Shown: positions 34,857 to 44,688 of the stretch, piece after piece
How positions within the stretch are numbered: position 1 is the stretch's first letter
Layout: each line of letters opens with the position of its first letter
Assembly: GCA_965223325.1 (NCBI GenBank)
Contig: CBDCWI010000002.1
Coordinates: 2,848,001-2,912,000, forward strand
Length of the DNA: 64,000 nt
Source: Candidatus Multivoradales bacterium
GTDB lineage: Bacteria > Acidobacteriota > Thermoanaerobaculia > Multivoradales > Multivoraceae
Reading direction: 5' to 3'
Program-made: the position numbers and the translations under genes
Notes under the pieces: model-generated
What the model was told of the DNA's origin: nothing
Databases searched by the model: none
What the model saw: the letters and a program-made list of their open reading frames with translations, nothing else

Positions 34857-35432
34857 ATGAAGAAGCCAGGAGAGCGCTGGATTCAGCCAGCAGCCGCGCT
34901 TTTCTCTAGCCTGGTGGGTATTCTGGCAGCTGCCTGCCAGACCGGACCGAGCCAGGAAGCGATCGACCGGCAGATTCAGAAGGAGTTTCCTGATGTTCCC
35001 CACCTGGCGCCGGCTGTACTCGACGAGTGGCTTTCGAGCGACCGACCGCCGCCACTCCTTCTCGACGTGCGCGGCGCCGAAGAGTACGCCGTCAGCCATC
35101 TACCGAACGCAGTCTGGGCCGACCCGGATGCCTCAGCCGATCAGGTCGCACCTCTCCTCGACGATCCAGAGCAGCCGATCGTCGCCTACTGCTCGGTTGG
35201 CTATCGCTCCTCCCGACTGGCCGAACGACTGCGCGCGGCGGGTTATGAGGTGTCGAACCTCGACGGATCGATCTTCGCGTGGGCCAACGAGGGGCGTCGC
35301 CTGGTGCGCACCGAAGGGTCCGAAGAGATACCAACCGATCGTGTTCACCCCTACGATCACGAATGGGGCAAGCTACTCGACCAGAAGCACTGGCCCGCAG
35401 AGTGGCTGGACCCACCGCAAGACGAAAGGTAG
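34857..35432 (+). CDS. Rhodanese-like domain lipoprotein
   Basis: LLLDVR..EEYAVSHLPNA, YCSVGYRS, NLDGSIFAW; lipobox-like LAAAC. Start uncertain. Confidence 0.88.
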   Translation: MKKPGERWIQPAAALFSSLVGILAAACQTGPSQEAIDRQIQKEFPDVPHLAPAVLDEWLSSDRPPPLLLDVRGAEEYAVSHLPNAVWADPDASADQVAPLLDDPEQPIVAYCSVGYRSSRLAERLRAAGYEVSNLDGSIFAWANEGRRLVRTEGSEEIPTDRVHPYDHEWGKLLDQKHWPAEWLDPPQDER

Positions 35433-35435
35433 CTG

Positions 35436-36782
35436 CTACCCCGAGTCCCCAGGGACAGGCTCGGCGAGCAGCTCGGCTGTGAGCGCCTCGAGCTCCTCGA
35501 CGAGCTGTTGGTAGTGGGCGCCAGTACCCGGTCCAGCGAAACCGGAATGTACCCGGCGCACGCGACCGCCGCGGTCGATGAAGACCTTGGTTGGAAACGA
35601 CAGCACGGCTGAGAGATCGGGAAGCGTTTCGCCAGCAGCTTCCTTGTCCGAGGTACCGGCAAGCAGAAGCGGAAACGGAAGATCGTGCCTCTCCTTGAAA
35701 CGGCGCACCATCACGGCGTCGCGCTCTGGGTCTCCGCGCAGCTCGAAGGCCAGGCCAACGACCTCGAGGCCGTGGTCGTGGTGGCGGCGATAGAGGTCGG
35801 CGAGAACCGGCGCCGAGTCGTTGCAGTTCGGGCACCACGAACCGAAGACCTCGACGATCAGGACCTTGCCCGCGAAGCGTGGGTCATCAGAGGACAGGAT
35901 CGCTCCTCCGTCGACGTCGGGGAAGGCGAAGGCGAACCGACCCTGGTCGTTGGTGAGACCGACTTCTTTGTACGGGTCGGGGAGCGGCCAGGGAGCGCCC
36001 TCGGCCAACCGGGTGGCAGTCCACGTCGCGTGGTAGGTGTCGCGGGACCAGAAACCACCAGACAGCGCACCCGACGCGTCGAGGGTTGCATCGAAGAGGA
36101 AGGCATGGGCACCGTCGAAGGTCGACAACCGGAGGCGGCCGCCCTCGAAGGACCCCTCGAGATAGCGATAGTCGCCGGTCGGAGTGAGAAAGGTGCCGGT
36201 CACCGCCGCGCCTTCGCGCTGCTCGAACTCGGCAACCGCAAGAGATTCGCCGTCCTCGTCGACAAACACCGCCGACCAGCGGCCTGCGACACTGACGAGG
36301 TTTTGACCGCCGTTCTCGAGGGGGGCGAATCGCGTCGTCACATCGCGATGCGCCTCGAAGGGCAGAACGGAATCTCCGTCATCGGCAGTCTTGCGCCAAC
36401 GACCGACGAGCTCGTCGACTTCGAGCATCGCTTCGATCTCGGAGTCGTACCAGGTCGTATCGATTCGAATCGTAGGTTCACCGTCCTCGCCGGGGCCCAC
36501 CTGCACCGGCCCGAGCGCCGCCTCCTCGCCGGCCGCGAGCGAAAAGGCCTGCAGCGATCCATCGTCATCGGCCCGGATCTCGAGACCAAACGGCAGTGGA
36601 CCGCCTGGCGACTGCAGAACGGCATGCCAGGAGCCGCCGACGAGGAGCCCCGGGTTGTCGACGTCCGAAGGAGAGGGCGAGGTCTCACCAGCGCATCCGG
36701 TGACCACGGCGGCAAGGAGAATCGCAAGCCCCAGACCGGGGACTCTGCCTCCTTCGAACCAGAGCGCTTTGGTGAGGGCCAT
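35436..36782 (-). CDS. TlpA/redoxin family disulfide reductase lipoprotein with N-terminal beta-barrel domains
   Basis: VTGC lipobox; TPTGDYRYLEG...STFDGAH; GSWCPNC; SFPT. Confidence 0.88.
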   Translation of the reverse strand: MALTKALWFEGGRVPGLGLAILLAAVVTGCAGETSPSPSDVDNPGLLVGGSWHAVLQSPGGPLPFGLEIRADDDGSLQAFSLAAGEEAALGPVQVGPGEDGEPTIRIDTTWYDSEIEAMLEVDELVGRWRKTADDGDSVLPFEAHRDVTTRFAPLENGGQNLVSVAGRWSAVFVDEDGESLAVAEFEQREGAAVTGTFLTPTGDYRYLEGSFEGGRLRLSTFDGAHAFLFDATLDASGALSGGFWSRDTYHATWTATRLAEGAPWPLPDPYKEVGLTNDQGRFAFAFPDVDGGAILSSDDPRFAGKVLIVEVFGSWCPNCNDSAPVLADLYRRHHDHGLEVVGLAFELRGDPERDAVMVRRFKERHDLPFPLLLAGTSDKEAAGETLPDLSAVLSFPTKVFIDRGGRVRRVHSGFAGPGTGAHYQQLVEELEALTAELLAEPVPGDSG

Positions 36783-36928
36783 CCTGTCTACTCCGTTCTT
36801 GTGTCGTGGTCAGAGCGCGAACGAGCAGTCTACGTGGCTTCGCTGATCCCGGTACCCGAGGGCCATAGAATGTCTCGACTTCGAGCCTCGGCCCCGATCA
36901 ACCCCCAACTCCGCGCAAGGACTCCCGG

Positions 36929-38869
36929 ATGTCGTCTGCGACCGATGGACCGCGACCGAGCCTGATCTCGTTCTTCGCCGGTTATACGAAGCGCTATATC
37001 CCCTGGATCGCGATCGCCCTTGCTGCGATCGTGGTGTTCGGCGTCATGTCGGGAGCGATGATCGGGCTCATCCACCCGCTCTTTTCCGAGACCCTGCAGT
37101 TCGACGGCACCGTGCCAGGCGCCGCAGGTCTCGCCACCGGCGCCGCCTCACAGCCGTCCGTCGAGGTCAAACCTGGCCAGGAAGGAAGCGGCATCGTCGC
37201 CTCGGTGCGGCGGAAGGGTATCGAGATCCGGACGTGGGGTGCTGGGATCTACGACCGCCTCAAGGAGCGCTTCGATATCCAGCCCGATGGTCGTGGCCTG
37301 CGCTCCGAACTGTGGTTCGCGCCGCTCCTCTTTCTGGGCGTGTTCATTACCAGAAGCACCGCTCAGTTCATCAGCGGTTACTCCTTCCAGCGCATCGGCC
37401 TCGGCATCACGACTGACATTCGCAACGACCTCTACCGCTCGATTCTCGAACAGTCGGCACGCTTTCACGCCGACCACACCAGCGGCGAGCTCTACAGCCG
37501 GGTCGTCAGCGACGTCAGCAAGCTCCAGGTCGTGGTCTCGAGTCGCCTGCTCGACCTGCTGTTGCAGTCGGTCGCTCTGGTGGTCTACATCGTCATGTTG
37601 TTGTCCATTCACCTGCCGCTGGCCTTGACCTGCCTGATCGCAGCGCCGGTGCTCTTGATCCCCATCGTGCGCTTCGGCAAGGGCATGCGCAAAACCAGTC
37701 ATCTGTCGCAGGAGCGCATGGCGGACCTCTCGGCTCTCCTGACCGAGGGCATTCGCGGCAACCGGGTCGTCAAGGCGTTCGGCATGCAGGGGTTCGAGAG
37801 TCGGCGCTTCGAGAAGGCCACCAACCGCCACCTGCGCGTGACTTTGCGCGCCCAACTGATCGCCGCACTTTCGAGCCCGGTTGTCGAGTCACTGGCGGCC
37901 ATCGGTGGTTGCGCCTTGATCGTCTCGGTGGGTTCGATGATCCGCGCCGACCGCATCACACCGGCGCTCTTTATGCAGTTCCTGACCACCCTGTTCATGC
38001 TCTACGACCCGATTCGCAAACTCAATCGAGTCAACCTGGTGATTCAAGAGGCCGCGGCGGCCGGCGACCGAGTCGCATCGCTGATGGCTATTCCCAACGA
38101 AGTCATCGACCAACCGACGGCCGCACCACTAGAGGGAATCGAAAAGGGAGTGCGCTACGAAGACGTGAGCTTTGCCTACGGCGGCGACCGCCCAGTCCTC
38201 GACCGCTTCACTATCGAGATCGCAGCCGGCGAAGTCGTCGCTCTGGTTGGTGCCAGCGGCGCCGGCAAGTCAACGGTCGTCAATCTGCTGCCCCGTTTCT
38301 TCGACCCTACTGGCGGGATGATCACCATCGACGGCAAGAACATTCGTGACCTGCCGCTCGAGAATCTGCGTTCACTGATTGGCCTGGTGACTCAGGAAAC
38401 AACGCTTTTCAACGACACCGTACGCGCCAACATCGCCTACGGCCGCGCCGACCTGTCTCTAGAGCTGGTACGTGAAGCTGCCGCGGCAGCCTACGCCGAC
38501 GACTTCATCATGGAGCTGCCGGATCAATACGAGACCACAATCGGCGAGTCCGGCGCCCAGCTCTCCGGTGGCCAACGCCAACGCCTCGCCATCGCCCGCG
38601 CTCTCCTCAAGAACGCCCCCATGCTGATCCTCGACGAAGCCACCTCGCATCTCGATACCGAGTCCGAGGTCCTCGTCCAACGCGCCATCTCGAACCTCAT
38701 GGCCGGCCGTACCTCACTCGTCATCGCCCATCGCCTCTCGACCATCACCCGCGCCGACCGCATCATCGTGCTCGACGCCGGCCAGATCCTCGAGTCGGGA
38801 ACCCATGAGGAGCTGCTCGCCCGCGGCGGCCCATACAAGCGCCTCTACGACCTGCAGTTCCGGGACTAG
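36929..38869 (+). CDS. msbA: MsbA-like ABC exporter (fused TMD and NBD)
   Basis: Six TM segments, GASGAGKS, LSGGQRQR, ILDEATS, IAHRLST. Confidence 0.8.
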   Translation: MSSATDGPRPSLISFFAGYTKRYIPWIAIALAAIVVFGVMSGAMIGLIHPLFSETLQFDGTVPGAAGLATGAASQPSVEVKPGQEGSGIVASVRRKGIEIRTWGAGIYDRLKERFDIQPDGRGLRSELWFAPLLFLGVFITRSTAQFISGYSFQRIGLGITTDIRNDLYRSILEQSARFHADHTSGELYSRVVSDVSKLQVVVSSRLLDLLLQSVALVVYIVMLLSIHLPLALTCLIAAPVLLIPIVRFGKGMRKTSHLSQERMADLSALLTEGIRGNRVVKAFGMQGFESRRFEKATNRHLRVTLRAQLIAALSSPVVESLAAIGGCALIVSVGSMIRADRITPALFMQFLTTLFMLYDPIRKLNRVNLVIQEAAAAGDRVASLMAIPNEVIDQPTAAPLEGIEKGVRYEDVSFAYGGDRPVLDRFTIEIAAGEVVALVGASGAGKSTVVNLLPRFFDPTGGMITIDGKNIRDLPLENLRSLIGLVTQETTLFNDTVRANIAYGRADLSLELVREAAAAAYADDFIMELPDQYETTIGESGAQLSGGQRQRLAIARALLKNAPMLILDEATSHLDTESEVLVQRAISNLMAGRTSLVIAHRLSTITRADRIIVLDAGQILESGTHEELLARGGPYKRLYDLQFRD

Positions 38870-38889
38870 TGCCTGTAAGTGTTCCGGCC

Positions 38890-39139
38890 CCACGCCCTCT
38901 GGCGATAGGCGCGCGACAAGCGAAGCGGAGGAAAACGAAGCCACGACAGGGCCACCAAACCACCGAGTACCAATAGGGCAGCGGACCGCTTGCGCCGCCC
39001 CCCTCTGGGGGGCAAGGGGGAAAAGACCAAGCCAGAGGACGTGGTAAACGACGACACCCACCCTCGACCCAGCCCCCTCCACCACCTTCCGCCCACCGCT
39101 CACGAACCAACAACAGCGATCACCACGCCCTCTGGCTTG
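38890..39139. repeat. Three-copy alternating-orientation repeat (CCACGCCCTCTGGC)
   Basis: Direct copies at 38890-38903 and 39123-39136; inverted copy with 1 mismatch at 39031-39044. Confidence 0.8.
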
Positions 39140-39151
39140 AACAGTTGTTCA
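39138..39151. promoter_or_regulatory. Candidate TetR operator
   Basis: TGAACA-GT-TGTTCA palindrome about 50 bp upstream of the TetR start. Confidence 0.65.
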
Positions 39152-39203
39152 GGTCCTGAGACAATGAGGGGCAGTTCGTTCGATCGTCGAGGAGGGCGAG
39201 TCG

Positions 39204-39824
39204 ATGGACAAGGAACGATCCAGGGATCGGCGAGCGGAGATTCTCGCAGCGGCAGGCCGCGTTTTCGCGGCCAACGGCTACCACGGCGCCTCGATGCGGC
39301 GTATCGCAAGGGAGGCGGGCCTGCGATCGCCGGCACATCTCTACTTCTACTTTGAAGACAAGCGCGCGCTCTACCGGGAGATGATCGAGGAGGGCGTGGG
39401 CCCGATTCGCGAGGCGGTGCTATTGAACGGCGGGACGGACCGCGAGCCGGTCGAAGTGCTCGCCGAAATGAGCCGCTCCTACATGGAGATCTTTGAGCAG
39501 GACGAACAGGTGCAGACGTTGCGGCTCCTGTTCGCGGAAGTGGCCTCCGATCCAACCCGTGCCTCCGAGAGCCTCGCGGCCAGCGGCACTCCGATGCTTA
39601 CCCTGATCGAGACCTATCTCGCCGAGCAACACGAAGCCGGCAACCTCGACGCACCAGACGCGCGGGCGACGGCCATCTGGTTCCTGTGGCAGCTGGTGGC
39701 CTGGATCGAGCTCAAGGCCATGTTCCCGCCACTCTGGGAGCAGCTGCCGGACCGCGATGCCTACGCCCGGCTGATCGCCGAGCGAGCCGCACGGGCCCTG
39801 GCCGTCCCCTCCCGCCCGAGCTGA
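39204..39824 (+). CDS. TetR/AcrR family transcriptional regulator
   Basis: RRAEILAAAGRVFAANGYHGASMRRIAREAG...LYFYFEDK. Confidence 0.93.
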   Translation: MDKERSRDRRAEILAAAGRVFAANGYHGASMRRIAREAGLRSPAHLYFYFEDKRALYREMIEEGVGPIREAVLLNGGTDREPVEVLAEMSRSYMEIFEQDEQVQTLRLLFAEVASDPTRASESLAASGTPMLTLIETYLAEQHEAGNLDAPDARATAIWFLWQLVAWIELKAMFPPLWEQLPDRDAYARLIAERAARALAVPSRPS

Positions 39825-39997
39825 GCCACCGCGCACGTCAGACGGTGGGAATATTGCTGGCGGTGAAGCGTTGCCGACAGGCACAGCGAGGTGCCGGGCC
39901 CCCCACGGCGCGGTCTGAACACGCTTCGCCACCTCGCACGCGATTTGCGAATGTCGGCCGAAAGCGGGTAGTATTCCCGTGCTAACGGAGATTTACT

Positions 39998-41878
39998 ATG
40001 TATTTTCGCGCCTCCTTGTTCCTGTCCCTGTCCTTGCTCCTTGCAGCACTGCCGGTGGGCGCGAGCAGCTACCGTATGGCCACCGACAGCGAACTACTGG
40101 CGCGTGCCGATACCGTTGTGGTGGGCCGCATCATGGCAACCGAGAACTCCCTGCGCGCCCAGCGGCCGATGACGGAGTACTCGGTCGAAATCGAGCGGGT
40201 GATGAAGGGGTTCGTGCCCGCCAGCACCATCCAGCTCTCGGTGCCAGGAGCGCGCGGAGCCGACGACGAACTCTCCTCCTGGGTCGTCGGAGCGCCCACC
40301 TTCAGCGAAGGCGAACGCACGATCCTCTTTTTGTCGTCCGCGCCGAACGGCTCGTACCGCCTGGCCGACCTCATCCTCGGGGCCTTCCGCGAGGCAAGAC
40401 TCGAGAACACCGCGCTGGCGCTACGTGACTTGTCGGCCGCCAACGCGGTCGACGACCTGACCGGCGACAGCGACGGCGCGGAGCGTTCGCGCTCTCACTT
40501 GCCACGAGACTGGAACCGCTTCATCAGCTGGATCGATGCCTCGGTGCAAAACCGCCGGGTAGAGCCGAGCTACTTCGTCGAGCAGTCTCCCGACGGCCTC
40601 GAGAAGCTGCAGCAGAACTTCGTCGTATCGCACGCATCGCAGTGCGGGCACGATCTCCGTTTCCCCGACTTCGACAACGGCGGCCGGCTCATCTTCCGCG
40701 TTCAGGCGGGCGGACAGCCAGGAATACCCGGGACCAACGGTTTACCGTCGGTCCAGCACGCCATGAACGCCTGGAACGGCGACCCGGACAGCAACGTCGA
40801 TATCCGCAACAACGGAACGACCTCCAACACGACCGGCGCTACGTCTTCAGATCTCATCAACACGGTGATCTTCGACGACCCGAACGACGAGATCTCGGGC
40901 TCGTTCTCTGGCAGTGGCACCCTGGCGACGACTACGGTTTGGTTCACCTGCAATCGAACGCACAACGCGCACGGTTCCACCTGGGTCGACATCGTGGAAC
41001 TCGACATGGTCACTCAGGATGGCCTCGACACGAACTACTTCCCCGGAACTCGCAATCCCGCCCTGGCCTGGGAAGAGCTGCTTGCCCATGAGTTCGGCCA
41101 CACCATCGGGATCTCGCACTCGGGTGACCCGAGCGCCACGATGGCGGCCAATATCCACAACGACGGCCGCGGTGCCTCGCTGAAGGCGGACGACCGCGAT
41201 GCGGTCCGTTTCATTTACCCGGCGATCTCGTCGGGCAACGACATACCCGAGGCGCCCACCAACCTGACCGCCAGCGCCGTTTCGAGCACCGACATCCTGC
41301 TCAACTGGCAAGACAACTCTGATAACGAGACTGGGTTTGCCATCGAGCAGAAAGTCTCGGGAAGCTTCGTCGGAATCGGTAGCGTTGGCGTCGACGCCAC
41401 CAACGCTACGATCACCGGCCTGACTGCCGGCACGTTTGCAGAGTTTCGCGCCAAGGCAACCGGCACCAACGGAGACAGCACTTACTCGAACAGTGCCTCT
41501 GCCACAACTCTCAATGCCGCTTCGGTCTGTGTTGCCAGCAGCAACACGCTCTGTCTGCAGAACAATCGCTTCCAGGTCCGCGCTACCTACAAGAGCAACA
41601 AGGCGAGCGGTAACGCAAGCGGTGGCGAGATCACCCCCGACACCGGCTTCTTCACTTTCCAGAGCCCGGACAACGTCGAGCTCGTGGTCAAGGTTCTGAA
41701 CGCGTGTAAGAACTTCGATCGGTTCTGGGTCTTCGCAGCCGGCCTGACCGACCAGGAAGTGCGCATCACGGTGACCGACACCAACAACGGTGCGACGAAG
41801 ACCTACGTCAACCCACTCAAGACGGCCTTCCAGCCGATCCTGGACACCGACGCCTTCGCCACCTGCGGCGGCGGCTAG
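39998..41878 (+). CDS. Secreted metzincin-like metalloprotease with Fn3 and Cys-containing C-terminal domain
   Basis: Signal peptide; HEFGHTIGISHS zinc motif with Met-turn (ATM); APTNL...WQDNSDNETGF Fn3 domain. Confidence 0.85.
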   Translation: MYFRASLFLSLSLLLAALPVGASSYRMATDSELLARADTVVVGRIMATENSLRAQRPMTEYSVEIERVMKGFVPASTIQLSVPGARGADDELSSWVVGAPTFSEGERTILFLSSAPNGSYRLADLILGAFREARLENTALALRDLSAANAVDDLTGDSDGAERSRSHLPRDWNRFISWIDASVQNRRVEPSYFVEQSPDGLEKLQQNFVVSHASQCGHDLRFPDFDNGGRLIFRVQAGGQPGIPGTNGLPSVQHAMNAWNGDPDSNVDIRNNGTTSNTTGATSSDLINTVIFDDPNDEISGSFSGSGTLATTTVWFTCNRTHNAHGSTWVDIVELDMVTQDGLDTNYFPGTRNPALAWEELLAHEFGHTIGISHSGDPSATMAANIHNDGRGASLKADDRDAVRFIYPAISSGNDIPEAPTNLTASAVSSTDILLNWQDNSDNETGFAIEQKVSGSFVGIGSVGVDATNATITGLTAGTFAEFRAKATGTNGDSTYSNSASATTLNAASVCVASSNTLCLQNNRFQVRATYKSNKASGNASGGEITPDTGFFTFQSPDNVELVVKVLNACKNFDRFWVFAAGLTDQEVRITVTDTNNGATKTYVNPLKTAFQPILDTDAFATCGGG

Positions 41879-41972
41879 CGGGCGCCGTGGTTTTCGGCCA
41901 CTGCCCGGCGAGTCTCTAGTCGCAGGACTTTGCCGTGGAGGAGCCAAACGCCTTCGCGACCTGCGGAGGCGG

Positions 41973-42374
41973 CTAGCCCAGCGCTACCAGGCGGATTGTC
42001 GAACTGGCGATTGCCAGGACCTCATCTGAGGCGTCGTAGATGCGTGCTGAAACGAAAGCGATCGAGCGACCCATCCTGTCGATGGCTGCTTCGGCGCGCA
42101 CCTTCTCGCCCAGGCGTGCCGCCTCGAGGAAGCTGGTCTTGATTTCGAGAGTCGCCGGCCAAATACCTTCGCCGGTGCGCGCCAGCACGGCATTGGCCAT
42201 CGCACAGTCCAACCAGCCGGTCACGAAGCCGCCTTGCGCGATTCCGCCGGTGTGACAGAACTCGGGCAGGACTTCGAACTCGAGGGTGGCGGTTCCTTCT
42301 TCGGCATCGACAGCGACCAGGCGACCGTTACCGAGCGCAGCAAACAGCCCCGTGGGTCGCTCTGCGGCGGTCAT
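41973..42374 (-). CDS. PaaI family thioesterase (hotdog fold)
   Basis: GIAQGGFVTGWLD, TLEIKTSFL, GRSIAF; ATGA overlap with the upstream HD gene. Confidence 0.88.
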   Translation of the reverse strand: MTAAERPTGLFAALGNGRLVAVDAEEGTATLEFEVLPEFCHTGGIAQGGFVTGWLDCAMANAVLARTGEGIWPATLEIKTSFLEAARLGEKVRAEAAIDRMGRSIAFVSARIYDASDEVLAIASSTIRLVALG

Positions 42375-43030
42375 TGGCTCTCCTCCTGAGCGGACTCTTT
42401 CAGCCAGCCCTTTGCTGTCGCGTCGTCGATGAGACTCTCGATATGCCGCCACAGGCGTGGCGCGCCCTCGCCACCGGGCCGGTTGCGGGTGATGGCCTGC
42501 TCACGGGTCACACCGTGCTCTTCCCACGCCCGACCACCCGTGGCGTGATTGAGCAGCATGGGTTGGGTGCGATCGAGCGCGTTGGCAAACCGTGCCTCGG
42601 CAGTTACGCCGGCCTCGAACTCGTCCCATAGCCCGCGCAGGGAAGCCGCCTGTTCGTCAGGCAGCAGTCCAAACAAGCGATCCGCCGCTGCCTGTTCGCG
42701 CTCCTCCTTATCGCGGTTGGCGTCTTCATCGTAGGCATAGGTGTCACCAGCATCGATCTCGACGATGTCGTGCACCAGCAACATGCCGATCACTCGTGAG
42801 AGATCGACCGCCGTCGCGGCGTGCTCGGCCAGCACCAGGGCCATCATCGCGAGATGCCAGGAATGTTCGGCGCTGTTCTCGCGCCGCGAGGTGTCGAGCA
42901 ACAAGGTCCTTCGCTCGATGTTCTTGAGCCTGTCGAGTTCGTGAACGAAATCGAGCTGGCTCTTGAAGCGCTCTTCGGGCGTTGCCAAGGTCTCGTCGAC
43001 GCTGTTCTCTTGTTCGTGTGAGTCGCCCAT
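42371..43030 (-). CDS. HD domain phosphohydrolase (YfbR/HDDC2-like)
   Basis: LKNIER, ENSAEHSW, VHDIVEIDAGD, EARFANALD. Confidence 0.9.
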   Translation of the reverse strand: MGDSHEQENSVDETLATPEERFKSQLDFVHELDRLKNIERRTLLLDTSRRENSAEHSWHLAMMALVLAEHAATAVDLSRVIGMLLVHDIVEIDAGDTYAYDEDANRDKEEREQAAADRLFGLLPDEQAASLRGLWDEFEAGVTAEARFANALDRTQPMLLNHATGGRAWEEHGVTREQAITRNRPGGEGAPRLWRHIESLIDDATAKGWLKESAQEESQ

Positions 43031-43039
43031 CAACTTTCC

Positions 43040-43420
43040 TTATCCTTTAGCCGAGATAACTGTGCCATTGGCGCGTCGCAGTACCCGCCAACCGCTGTAG
43101 CCGAGCCAAGACAACCACAGCCCGCCAAGCAGCAGTCCTCCCGCCTCGCGCGCCTGTTCGTCTTCGGCCGCCATCGAGAGGGTCGAGAACGAAGACAGGG
43201 TGGCCTGCGCGAGCGCCGGTATCAACGGAATGACAGCCAGAATCGAAAGGCCCGCCAGGGTTAGCGTGAAGCGCGGCAGGTAGAACCCGCGCCAGGCCGC
43301 AAGCGAGAGTGTGGCCAGCGCTAAGTAGTAGAGCACCCAGCGCCACGGATCCGGGTCGTTCCATTGCACCGCGGCACCGAGGGCGAACAGTGCCGCCATG
43401 ATCAGCTGGATCCATCGCAC
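43040..43420 (-). CDS. Transmembrane family 220 protein
   Basis: AVQWNDPDPWRW and REAGGL motifs; GAGGAGG RBS before GTG 43420. Confidence 0.8.
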   Translation of the reverse strand: MRWIQLIMAALFALGAAVQWNDPDPWRWVLYYLALATLSLAAWRGFYLPRFTLTLAGLSILAVIPLIPALAQATLSSFSTLSMAAEDEQAREAGGLLLGGLWLSWLGYSGWRVLRRANGTVISAKG

Positions 43421-43508
43421 GCTTTGTGCCCTCCTCGAGCATCGAAACAGTTCCCGGTCAATGCCGGCGGTCGTGGGATTGTGACACCGCAGATACGATT
43501 CCCCCATC

Positions 43509-44654
43509 ATGGACCCCGAGAACCGTCGCTTTCACCAGCCCGACCAGACAACACCGGCGATGGGTCCCTACAAAGTCTATGGCCGTGTGTTGTCGATTGC
43601 CGGTGAGAACGAAGCACCCATTCTGCTGGCACGCCATCGCGACACCGGCATTTCGGTGCTAGCTGTCTCCATGCAAGACACCCCGGGCTCGCGCGGCGGC
43701 CTGATCGAGCCCGAGAGCCTCCTCGGGCGGGCCCAGGCGGTGATGGAGCTCGGGCATGACGGCTTTCCGCTGCTGTTCGATCAAGGCAGCGGCGAGGGCG
43801 GGCTGGCCTGGCTCACATGGCGCACCGAAACGCGCGTCTCGCTGCGCGAACAGCTCGAAAGCGGTCGCGTCGACGCCAGGCGCGCGGTCGCGATCGCGAG
43901 ATCCGTGGCCGAAGCCCTCGGCGCCTTGCATCGCAGCGACAAGCTGCACGGCAGCCTCTCGCCAGGATCGATCCTGCTCGCGTCACCGGGAGGGATTGCA
44001 CTCCCCACCGCCAATCTGCTCCGCCCGGACCGCTTGCTCAAGGAAGGCGCGGTACCGAGCGGGTGGGGTGCAGCCGCCTATCGAGCGCCCGAGCAGCTGG
44101 GGCGCGCCAGGGATACCGGAGATGTCGCGACCAGAATCGGCCCGGCGTCTGACATCTTCTCTCTCGGCACCATCCTCTACGAAGCAACGGTCGGACGGAC
44201 GCCCTTCATGGGACGTACTTTCGAAGACATGGCGCGAAGCATTCAGAGCGAGCCGTTCGCAGCACCGCAAAAAGACGACCCACAACTGCCCAGGGTGTTG
44301 TGCGACATCTTCGCGAAGAGCCTGGCAAAAGACCCCGCGGACCGTTATGCCTCGATCGCCGACATGCAGAGCGACCTGGTCCTGTTGGCCGAAACACTCG
44401 CCCCCCGGCCGGCCCGCGCCCGCGGCGGCATCTCGCGCGCCAGTAGCGCGAGCGCATCGATTGGGGCTGGAGCCACGACTCGAGTCCCCGATCGCCTCAG
44501 CTTTGAGCGCGACTCGCTCCTCGGCCGTGTCTCAGAACGTCGCCAGAAGCTCGCCGACGAAGGACCGCCACCGACCTGGCTGCGCTGGACCGTGCCCCTC
44601 GGTGTGTTCTTGATGGTCGCGATCACGGTCTGGTTCCTCTTCCTACGCCCATGA
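43509..44654 (+). CDS. Membrane-anchored Hanks-type kinase fold, probable pseudokinase
   Basis: YRAPEQ, ASDIFSLGTILYE, PF, DPADRY are present; catalytic motifs are degenerate; C-terminal TM. Confidence 0.8.
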   Translation: MDPENRRFHQPDQTTPAMGPYKVYGRVLSIAGENEAPILLARHRDTGISVLAVSMQDTPGSRGGLIEPESLLGRAQAVMELGHDGFPLLFDQGSGEGGLAWLTWRTETRVSLREQLESGRVDARRAVAIARSVAEALGALHRSDKLHGSLSPGSILLASPGGIALPTANLLRPDRLLKEGAVPSGWGAAAYRAPEQLGRARDTGDVATRIGPASDIFSLGTILYEATVGRTPFMGRTFEDMARSIQSEPFAAPQKDDPQLPRVLCDIFAKSLAKDPADRYASIADMQSDLVLLAETLAPRPARARGGISRASSASASIGAGATTRVPDRLSFERDSLLGRVSERRQKLADEGPPPTWLRWTVPLGVFLMVAITVWFLFLRP

Positions 44655-44688
44655 AGCCATAGAAGAGCGCATCGATACACTGCGGCCC

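Noticed and set aside
38866-38880. Third MITE end after the msbA stop (CTAGTGCC)
   Set aside because: Only 8 bp match and there is no partner inverted end downstream.
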